A program made the position numbers and the translations under genes. Below the pieces are notes generated by a model. It was not told the origin of the DNA. It searched no databases and saw only the letters and a program-made list of their open reading frames with translations. Shown here in pieces: positions 1 through 9,806 of a stretch of 64,000 bases of DNA (positions within the stretch are counted from its first letter, which is position 1; each line of letters opens with the position of its first letter). The DNA comes from Selaginella moellendorffii (Eukaryota; Plantae; Lycopodiophyta), in NCBI RefSeq assembly GCF_000143415.4, contig NW_003314262.1, positions 1,725,960-1,789,959 of the forward strand, read 5' to 3'.

Positions 1-9
1 TGGCTAGAT

Positions 10-1277
10 ATGGCTAAGGACGTCCAAGACTATGTAAAGACATGTCCAACATGTCAGCAGGTCAAAGCCGTGACTAAGGCTAGTGGGGGCTTGTTGCAAA
101 GCATCCCAATTCCAGATCGTCCGTGGAAATGTCTTACGATGGACTTCATCATAGGACTTCCCCCAAGTGAGGGGTTTGATGCGATATTCATGGTGGTGGA
201 CCGATTTTTGAAAATGGCACATTTCATACCCACTACAACGGAAGTGGATGCGGAAGGTGTGGCAAAGCTGTTCTTTGAACAAGTGCTTCCAGTGCGGGGA
301 AGGCCGGAAGAGATCATCTCAGATCGAGATAAGATCTTCACTAGTAGGTTCTGGAGGACTCTCCTGGAACAGTATCGCACCAAGTTGAAATTCAGCACAA
401 CCTATCACCCACAGACAGGTATGGGTATTAAATCAAGTTTGGTGGCACTAACACTTCTTGACAGACAAACGGAAAGGGTGAATAGGCAGCTGGAGGATTA
501 TTTGCGATGCTATGTCTCGGGAGACCAGACCGATTGGGTAAGTCATTTGGGACTTGCGGAAATGTGTTATAATAACTCACCACATTCGAGTATCGGGGTG
601 AGTCCATGGGAAGTCATCAATGAGCGAGCTATTGAAGGTCCTGTGGAACTCGGCGTGGCCGAGTATCATGGAGAGTTACCCGCAGTGGAGGCATTCACAG
701 TGGAAAGACTCAACATTTGGAATCTAGTGAGGGATTCTTTGGAACGGGCACAACAAAGGCAAACCAAGTACGCAAACCAGAAGTGCCGGGACGTAGAGTT
801 CCAAGCTGGGGAGAAGGTGTGGCTGAACACCAAGAACCTCAAGCTACCAAGTGGGATCAGCCGAAAGTTGACCCAAAGGTAAAAATGCATGTATTCCTGT
901 AAATGAATTGATCTTGAGTTCCTTAAGCAGGTTCGCGGGGCCTTACGAGAATAAGGCTCGAATCGGTAAAGTGGCTTACCGTCTCCGACTTCCTCGAGAG
1001 ATGGGGAAGATGCATCCCATGTTCCACGTGAACTTACTCAAGCCGTATTTTGAGGATCCATTTCGCAAGGACCAAGTAAGACCTTTACCTGAGGTTATCC
1101 AAGGGGAAGAGGAATACGAAGTCGAGGCCATCCTCAATGCGCGCAAGAGCAAGTGACAAGGACGCAAGGTGAGAGAGTTCTATGTGAAGTGGAAAGGATT
1201 TCCACACTGCAAAGCAACATGGGAACTGGAGGAGAACCTAGCGAACGCACGAGATCTAGTGGAGGAATTTTTGCAAG
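10..1277 (+). pseudogene. Integrase-chromodomain portion of pol, interrupted by two GT-AG introns (419-464, 879-930) and a TGA at 1154-1156
   Basis: ORFs 10..882 and 908..1156; removing 879-930 gives KLTQR-FAGPY in frame; the chromodomain reading continues after the TGA. Confidence 0.85.
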
Positions 1278-1706
1278 GCAGAACTCTATGTACTTATGCA
1301 AAGTTCAATTAAATGTATCAATTTGAGAAGTTGAGCAATGGCATATGTTGGGACCCAAAGGCGCGCCGAAGGTAAGCTAATTAGCATGGGTTAGGTAGGT
1401 CAACCAGGCATAGGGGACTACGCCCGACTCCCTACGGGGATGTCAAATCCGTAGACGTATTCTGGGTTCAAGTCCCAACCCCCTAGTAAAGCAAGGTTGG
1501 GTTCAAGTCCCAACCCCATACTAGGGCATGGTGAGGTGAGGAGTATAGGGACACCTATATTCCGTTGTCATCGGCTCTTGGCCCGGGAGGCTAACTTAGG
1601 CACACCGCTAAGTGGGGGGATGCCCCCAGAGACATGGTCAACAAGTCGTAGGATAAAAAAGAGACGTTCGATGTGGGCATCGAACTTCTTCTATGGGTGG
1701 TGGAGT

Positions 1707-2854
1707 TGTAAGGAACCAACTCACCGAGGTGTCATAGGCTAAAAGAGCCCCGAAAGCATGACCAAAATGATAAAGAGTTCATCGGATGGGACCAAGTCTA
1801 AGATCGAGTCCAAGACTGACTCTAAGACCGAGTTCGAGATAGAGTCCGGAATCGAGTCCGAGACCGACTCGGAGACCGAGTTCGAGACAGAGTCTGAGAT
1901 CCAAAATCGGGTCCAAGACCGAGTCTGAGGTCGAGTCTGAGGTCGAGTCCGAGGTCGGGTCCGAGATCGGGTCCGAGATTGAGGCCAAGATTGAGTCCGA
2001 GACCGAATCCGAAGTCGGATCCGAGATCGAGTCCGAGATCGAGCCAGAGACTAAGTCCGAGTACTAATACGGGTCAAGGGGTGAAAGCCCAAAGCGTGCG
2101 TCTCCCAGGGGGGGGGGGGGGGGGGGGGCTGTAGGGGGTTCCAAAAGTATAGTAGGGATAGTGAGGTCCAGGAACCAGTTTTGAAGGAACTCTCCAATGG
2201 GGCTTCTAAACTGACTTGAGGTTGGGACTGGGACCGAGGGGCCTTGGGTGGGAGTGAGCATGGACTTGGTTGGTGCCGGAGGGGCCATCCAAGGAAGTGC
2301 TCAAGAGCAGCTCCCACTCCCGAAAGGGAAACCGATTGCAGTGCTCCCGGCTCATGTGGAGTGGTGCCCTACTTAAGTACTATGCAGCTTATTGGTCCTC
2401 GCCCTTCCTAGGGGCTTGGACCTTCCTTTCGAGATGGAAGTCGGGGGGTAGAGGTACCCATACCGGGCCATTAGGCCACGGTGTTTCACCCCGACGTCCC
2501 GAAGCAAGTGCTGCACCTAAGGCTTGGGATTTAGAGGGTCCCATGATCAAGTCTTGTTATACCAAGTGGTGTTAGAAACTTGGAGGCTTGGTGTGCTTGG
2601 CTGCTTGTGCTTGCGGGGAGTGTAGTCGAACCTTAAGTCCAGTCTAACCCGGGGAGGATAGATTTGGGAATTTGTAAATGGATGGTTAACACTCCGTTGC
2701 TCGTGCAGTGAATAGTTGAAACCAAGTAGGACCAAGTAGGAGCTGGTACAATAGGCGAGAACCTTGGCAAGGGAACTTAGCACAAGCCAAGGCAGTGTTG
2801 GTCAGATAGACAAGGTAAGCTGGCAAATTGGAAAGGAAAAATTTATGGCTTACA
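1707..2854 (+). repeat. 3' LTR (~1.15 kb) containing a GAGTCC/GAGATC hexamer-based array (~1790-2060) and a long G run (~2108-2128)
   Basis: TGTAAG...CTTACA termini; homologous to minus-strand copies at 41733-42775 and 45142-46187. Confidence 0.9.
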
Positions 2855-3354
2855 ATAAGTAATCACCTACTTGTAGACTCATAAAAGATTTTGTATTGGA
2901 GGAAGTAGAAGCCCAGCAAATACAAAAGAAGTTGGTTGAAAGTTGGACTTTGAGCAAGAAATTAAAGAAAACTTTGACAAGGAAGCTGATACATTAGAGG
3001 TCTTTTTGATTTTTTTTCATTGTCACATACTTAATTCCTAAAAATGGAGAAGGTTAAAAAGGGCTTTCATTTTCTTGTCAAAGGACAAGCAATGACCTAT
3101 GTTATAATGGAATTTTTTTTTGGTTACATGTTGTAGCAATGCTCCAAAATTGGTTGGTTTGAATGAAGGACATTCTAACTGTTTCTAATGCATTGCTAAC
3201 AGATTGAAATTATGAAGCAAATGTCTTGTGCAGAGGTTAAATGCACTGTTCTGTTCCAGTCAATCAATCGTTTTCTATCTTCTTCTAAAGGCTTAAGGTT
3301 GGTCTATATGTGACCATCTAGTCATTGCAAGATTTGTGGAGATGGGTATGCTAC

Positions 3355-3980
3355 TTATTGCAAACTTCTTTTTGTTTTAAGTTTTTTTTTTATGGTCCTG
3401 TTGAGACTGAAAGACGCTTCCAGGACTTCATACGGCAACTTTGGTCCGAACAATGCAGACGATGGTATCTGGAAGGAAGGATTCTGGCTGTTGAGCACCC
3501 CCAAAAGAATCGCCTGCTCTTGTCCAACATTCACCATGTAGTGAAGCACGCCTCGCGGGATCACGAACAGATCGCCGGCACGCATCTTGTGGGCGAAGAA
3601 CTTGTTGTTCGTGTCCACGAAGCCAGCCTCCACAACACCCTTCTCGACGTAAACAAGCTCGCTCGCCCGGGGATGAGTGTGAGTCCTGGCAACACCCTTT
3701 GGCCCGAGATAGATCCGAGCCACGGACAGTCCCATGGTGTTGAGAGCCGGGAAAGTGGTGACGATGGCTTGCGTGAAGTTGAAGAGAGGATTGAGGGTGT
3801 TTGTAGTATCGGTGTTGGTGCGGAGGAGGCTTGAGTAGAAGTCTTTGGAGGTGACTTGCGAGTATGGCTTGCAGGGAGAGCCTTCGTTCATGGATCGGGA
3901 TCGGCAGCTTCCACAAAGGATTGTAAGTCGGCTGATGAGAGAAGCATGAGAGCTATAACAAAGAAGATGTTGAACGCCAT
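3355..3980 (-). pseudogene. Germin-like protein (cupin), probably pseudogenised by a frameshifting deletion after the signal peptide
   Basis: ATG 3980 gives signal peptide MAFNIFFVIALMLLSS..EAADPDP, then TGA; the usual LQDFCVAD box is absent; downstream ORF 3891..3355 has germin boxes HTHPRASE and GDLFVIPRGVLHY. Confidence 0.8.
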
Positions 3981-4370
3981 GGATCTAAAAACTCCTGATT
4001 GCTCTCTGCTATGATCTAGATCTTGATTCTTTGGCAGAAGTTCTCGTCAAGGTCTGGGCTTTTATGCTGTGCTGTGTGAAGATTTTTCTTCACAACCGTC
4101 TTCTGCACGGAAGGCGGTCCCTAGTGTATGATTTTCAAAGTGCCGTACTTAAGTACTAGAAGAACTTGGACTACCCTAAGGGGGATTTGAACGAGTATAA
4201 TTGCTTCGCAACGTTGCGTCCAGAAGGGCTGATAAATCCAAGTGCATAATAAATTTAATTGAATTTATTTTGAGTCAAATAATCTTAACCAATAATAATA
4301 ATACACAAGATGGACCGATTCAAATATTAAGTTTTAGAGTCATAGTTTGTCCATTTTCCGAGATTAAGAA

Positions 4371-5856
4371 TCATCTGCACAAGAGTGTGTATGCGGGGAG
4401 GTCCTGAACTCGGTAGACATCATCTAGAGACAACTCACGCTCGAGCTGAGAACGGGTTGCGCTTAGGACAGCCTGATTAGACAAAGAACAATCTTAAACA
4501 ATCCTTCGTTAATCGCAAAGACGAAGAAAGCGAGGAAACGTACGTTAAACTCCATGTAGGAAGCACGCATTGCCAGCCACTGTGCATCCATCATCTCAAA
4601 CGCTACGCAGTACAGCACGTCAAAAGCTTGCTCGTCTTCTGCAATACCAATATAGCCAGATTCCTTCAAGGACAACGTCGCTGTAATGAAATGGAGAACG
4701 TACCGGCCAAGATCTTCACGAATTTCAGTCCGGATAGAGAGCTCGGCTTTTCTATACAAACAAACAAGAGCACAGAGCGCACGAGTAAGTCAATAATGGA
4801 ATCGCGCAGCTCGGTTGTTACCTGATCGAAGGTCGAGCATCTGGATAAGCATGAAAGACACGTTAATGCCTGCCACCGCAAACGGATACTCCCACTCGGA
4901 TCGCTGGCCCTCCTCTTTGTGCAGCAGCTTCGAAAACGATCTCTAGAAACGTAGAAAATGTGAGGAAATCTTGCTGGAAGGAATGATAAGTAACATACCG
5001 GATAGCGCTGCGCTAGAAAGAGCAGATTTTCCAGGGAAATGAATCCACCACCTCTGCATGGAATTGGAGAAATTGGCGAGCATGAATGGATTGAGAAAAG
5101 GACCTGAAATCCGTCGAAGGATCCGTGCCTTGCCATCCCATTTCTTTCCACTTCTCCGTGATCAAACCATCGAAGAGACGGCCAGGGAAAGCCTCGTGCC
5201 ACAGCGCTACCAGTGCTTCCTGAAAGACAGCCATTCTCCCAGTTTGAGAAAAAGCCATCTCCGAGAAGACTTTGTCTTACCGCGTGTTTGGGATTGCTTC
5301 CATCAAAAGCAACTTGCAAGCGTTTCTGGAGCTTGTGAAGCCGTTCTTCCTGCACATCACGAAAGAATCGTTTGGCTAGTGATGGCGAAAGAATGAAAGA
5401 TTACCTGTACAGGTGTTAGATCGATATGCACGATACCTTCGTCTCGACGATACAAAACACGATTGATCATGTCACCAAGCAAGGATCCCGAGCCTAAAAG
5501 CACGATTGCTGCAGAGAAAGAAAGAAAGAAAGAAAGAAAGAAAAAGAGAGTGATAGTGTCAAGAGCACGAGCAAAGCTTACACAGCCATTGGCTCCATTG
5601 AGCAAGGAGCCGAGTGAAAATCTGCGACCATTCATGCTCCTCCCTTCTCTTCTTCTCCTTCCAATCTTCAAAATACTCATCGTCTCCACCCTGTAAAAAA
5701 AAGTTAAATCGATAAGAGCGAGCAAAGGAAGGAAGAACACACTGCGAGAAGGGGCTCGCTCAATCCATCGGATCCACTGGAGAGAACGCGCTCGAATTTC
5801 TTCCCTCCCACATCGCTGTGATGGACGCGCCGCCTCAGCCGCGCCGCGGAACTCAT
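4371..5856 (-). CDS. ELMO/CED-12 domain protein (plant ELMOD family), multi-exon
   Basis: N-terminus MSSAARLRRRVHHSDVGG..LSEPLL; WKEMGWQGTDPSTDFR-GGGFISLENL; YPFAVAGIN; FEMMDAQWLAMRASYMEFN; last exon ..QLERELSLDDVYRVQDLPAYTLLCR*. In-frame upstream ATG at 5967 is an alternative start. Confidence 0.92.
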
Positions 5857-6234
5857 AATCCTGGCGCACAGCGGCGAGCAGCAGCCACACCAATCGCAAT
5901 CCGCAACCGCGACGCTGCCGAGGACGAGATTCCTGGAGCTAGTCGAGGCGGCGGAGCTGCTGCTCATGGACCGCCCCTAGATCGCCATCGCCGCGATCGC
6001 ATTTCCCATATTTCCACACCTCTGCTAGGCTAGATCGCGCGATCCAGCTCCCGGCGCTGGGATGGGCGAGCAAAGGAAAACGCGCGCGAATCTATCTACA
6101 GCGCGGGGAGGACCAGCGAAACCCTAAAAACATAGCCCACGAAATTAAAATACCGTGCCATGAGTTTCACCTTTCCCTTGTTTCGTACGCCTTCGTTCTC
6201 CAAGGTTTAGGGCTTGCGCCAGCGATCGTTGGCG

Positions 6235-7257
6235 ATGGATGCGCCGGATCTCTCTTCCTCGAGGGCGAGCTACCAGCCGCTAGCAGCAGAGGATGGCACC
6301 GTGCCCTTCCATCAGCATGAGCGCCCCCTGCGCTGGACCTCTGGGATTTGCGCTTGCTCCGACGATATTCCGAGCTGTGAGTGATCGATCTTTCCTCCTG
6401 TGCTTCGCATTTTTTTTCTTTCCCTATTTGGGCTTTCCGGTGAGTTTCCAGTCTCGATTTGGCTGCACTCGAGTCTTTAGTTTTTCGATTGATTTGAGCT
6501 TGTAAAGTTTTCCAGTATGGGAGGGACTCTTTGATGCTTAGAGTTCTAAGATTTGTTCTTCGTTTTCGTTTTCATTCACTGTTTTCGTTGGTTCTCTGGG
6601 ACGGATGTTTCATATCCGTTTCCTCTTGGTTTTCTTGTTTGTTTGACAAAGCTTTCCAACTCTTTGATGCATAGTAGAGTTCTAGTCTTGTTGTTTGTAC
6701 TAAGTTTCATTCACTGTTCTCTGGGTATGCTTGTTTCATAAGAGTTCTAATCCATTTCCTTGGTTTTTCTTGTGTGTAGGCTGCCTTGGTTTGTTTTGCC
6801 CCTGTATACTCTTTGGCCGGAATGTGGAGACTCTGGAAGATCGGCCGTGGGTCGGGCCGTGCGTGATGCATCTTCTTCTTTGGGGCGCTGTCACTGGACT
6901 TTGCTGTGCACTGACGGAAGGAACTGCTCTCGGCGTCGCTGCGTCATGCGTGTCATGCTACGCTTGTGGCTACAGGAAAACACTGAGAGACAAGTATAAT
7001 CTCGAGGTAACTCCATCTCACAGTTTCCAAGTTCTTTTCAAGTTGAAGCGATTTGCTTTCCTTGTGTATCTGATCAACGATTTCTTTTTTTTTTTTTTTT
7101 TTTTTGTGTTTTCCAGGATGCTCCGTGCGGCGACTTTCTCACGCACTTGTGCTGCCATCCCTGCGCAGTGTGCCAAGAGTACCGAGAAATGAAAGAGCGA
7201 GGGACATACTCGGGAATCCCTGTAACTGTTGCTCCTGGAAATCAAGTGATGGTATAG
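6235..7257 (+). CDS. PLAC8 family protein (cell number regulator / plant cadmium resistance-like), 3 exons
   Basis: [63 protein letters not shown]; GT-AG introns at ~6377-6779 and ~7008-7117. Confidence 0.92.
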
Positions 7258-8450
7258 CTGCGATGATTGTAAATCCAATGAAGTATATTGTTGTGTGTGA
7301 CGATGGCGACGAGCACCCTCGGGATCGGTGTGGAAGCTGCTCGGCGAGGCTCAAGAACTGTGGCTGGCGGCGATCCGGGTGTCCAAGGCGGTGGAGAATT
7401 CGCACCAGACGACGGAGTTTATATTGATTGAAGAAGGTGGTACTAAACCTTTTTTACGGTTTTAAACACTATTTATCTTTTTTGCCTTTTTGACACTAGG
7501 GATGCTTATGATTGAGAAATTCACGACCTTGATATGGGTAGATTTATCAGTTCTACACTAACTGGACAAGTGGTTGCCACAATGTGATGTAGTGGCATGG
7601 TGGATATAAAATGGTGTTTACAGTTCATGTGTGCCTCCTAGTTTAAGTTTGGGAGTTAGTAGTTGTGGCCAACTTCAAGTTCTTCTCAGAGCCACTCCAT
7701 TTTTCTAAAGAACTCATAATAACAAGTGGAGCCTGAAGCAAAAACGTCCCACATCTTCCATCTGGATTTTGGTGAGTGCCAGATGATTTTGCAACTTTTC
7801 TTTAAAAGCCCTCCCTCACACTTTTAGTGAAAAAAAAACAATTAAAATTTTAATGATGGCTTCCATAACAATAATATACATTTAAAAAATAAGTCTACAA
7901 ATTTCTAAAATATGTGAAATAAGGAATAATAGTATCATCAAATATCATTTTTAACTTACATGAACTTAATAATTTAATAATAACTTACCTTTTGAAGTTG
8001 GTAGCAAAAAGAATAGTCTTCAAATATCACATTAATTTGTGAATTTATTTTTCATATAAATGAAATACATTGGTTTGTTAGAACATCGTTTATTCATTAA
8101 GCTATAAATTTATAAAGCACATTAAAAGAAACATATTTTTTATTTTTATTTAAAAATAAATATATAATATAATAACTTCAAATTGTGTAGTTTAACTACA
8201 TTAATAATAACTATTGTTATAACATTTCAAGAATTTTTCTTACTTCAAATGGTACTTTGTATTTAATGTCATACTTAATTATGAATTATGAATGAAGGTG
8301 GATTATTTTTTTCTCATTAATTTTATAATTAAAGATATTATTGTCTTTAGAAAAGGTGAAATATTTTAAACTTGAATTCTTTTTTACTATTATATTTTCT
8401 GTATTATGATCTATTATATTTCCTTTATAAGTTATTTTTAAAATTAAAAC

Positions 8451-8640
8451 TGTGAGGGCCAAGTGTACGGCTACGATGCCGTATACTAATATTAGCGTAG
8501 TGGATTTTGGTAGCCGTCGGATTGGTTTCAATCCGGACCACTCGCTCCTGTATATAAGCTAGGGTTTTTGGGTTAATTGATTTGCACATTTCTGTATTCC
8601 CTTTCCATATTTCCTGCACTCACATTTCCATGCACTCACA
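8451..8640 (+). repeat. 5' LTR
   Basis: TGTGAG...CTCACA, TATATAA box, near-identical to 13303-13492. Confidence 0.97.
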
Positions 8641-8641
8641 T

Positions 8642-8657
8642 TGGTGGAGGTGAGGGG
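8642..8657 (+). promoter_or_regulatory. Primer-binding site (tRNA-Ala-like)
   Basis: TGGTGGAGGTGAGGGG one base after the 5' LTR; resembles the complement of the tRNA-Ala 3' end (..CUCCACCA). Confidence 0.65.
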
Positions 8658-8873
8658 CACCTTTGATTGTCCCTGGGGAGTGCTTGGATTTGGGATTTCG
8701 GTTTAGATCTAGCTTTTGCATTGTCTAGATCTAGCTTTTTCCATTTCTTTTCTTTTGTTCTTTCCTTTCAGGATTTTAGTTTAGATCTAGCTTTTTGCAT
8801 TGTTTAGATCTACCATTTCTTTCCAGCTTTTTGTCATTTCTCTTCTTTTGCTCTTTCTTTCTCATTCATTTTC

Positions 8874-9806
8874 ATGGCCGATCCGCAATCTCCTCCTTTG
8901 ACTCTAGAGCAGCAGTTGGTTCAATTGCTTGATGCTATGCGCCTGCAATTGAACAACCAAACTCAGTTGATGGCGGCGTTCACGGCACATGGTACAACTC
9001 CTCCTGCTTTTGGTGCCAATCCTCGCGTTCGGCCGGAGTTCTTTCGTGGGAATCCTGGGGATGATGTGTACCATTGGTTCGATCACTTCACGGTGATTGC
9101 CACATATCATTCTTGGGATGATGCTCGACGTTTGCGTGAGTTCCCCACATGTCTTCAAGGGACGGCATTGCAGTGGTACAATGGATTGAGCGCAGCTACT
9201 CGTGGCGATTGGAGTGTTCTTCCGGACGTCTTCAAACGCGCCTTCGGACACGCCGACGATTGTGATGATGCCTTCCAACAATTGCATCGTCTTCGCCAAG
9301 GGCCATCTGAGTCGGTGATGCAATTTGGCGTTCGTTTCCGAAGTCTTTTGCTTCGTGCGGAGCCAAATATGTCGGAGCGGATCAAGCTAGGAATGCTGTG
9401 GCCAGCACTTCGTCAAGATCTTGTCGGACTTGTGCATGCACTTGCCCCTGCCACTCTTGACGATGCTCTTCGCTTGGCACAACGTTATGAGACGTCGCCT
9501 CTTCCACTTCTTGCTACACGTCCTTCAGCTCCACTTCCTATGAGTGATGGTCCTGTTCCCATGGAGGTTGATGCTGCTGCTACTCGAGTCCAAGGACAAG
9601 GGCGAGGACGTGGTCGTGGCCGTGACATTCGTTGCTGGGCGTGTGATGAAGTTGGTCATACTTATCGGCGTTGTCGGCGCTTTCCGGATTGGCGACCTCC
9701 ATTTCCTGGGTGGAGACCTTGGCGTCAACAACATCCCGTTGGTGCTGCTGCGGTGGAAGGTTTGGATACCGAGGTGCATTCGGGAAACGAGGAGTCGCGC
9801 GAGTAA
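8874..9806 (+). CDS. gag: Retrotransposon Gag with CCHC zinc knuckle
   Basis: PEFFRG..W, LQGTALQWY, LRQG.SESV..F..RF, PVPMEVD, CWACDEVGHTYRRC. Confidence 0.93.
   Translation: MADPQSPPLTLEQQLVQLLDAMRLQLNNQTQLMAAFTAHGTTPPAFGANPRVRPEFFRGNPGDDVYHWFDHFTVIATYHSWDDARRLREFPTCLQGTALQWYNGLSAATRGDWSVLPDVFKRAFGHADDCDDAFQQLHRLRQGPSESVMQFGVRFRSLLLRAEPNMSERIKLGMLWPALRQDLVGLVHALAPATLDDALRLAQRYETSPLPLLATRPSAPLPMSDGPVPMEVDAAATRVQGQGRGRGRGRDIRCWACDEVGHTYRRCRRFPDWRPPFPGWRPWRQQHPVGAAAVEGLDTEVHSGNEESRE

Larger units (their letters stand above)
1..2854 (+). mobile_element. 3' part of chromoviral Ty3/Gypsy LTR retrotransposon (integrase, chromodomain, PPT, 3' LTR), truncated by window start
   Basis: Integrase motifs (CPTC zinc finger end, TMDF, SDRD, YHPQT..QTERVN, GPY); chromodomain EYEVEAIL..FYVKWKGF..ATWE; purine-rich PPT GGGTGGTGGAG before TGTAAG at 1707; LTR ends CTTACA at 2854. 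Confidence 0.92.
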
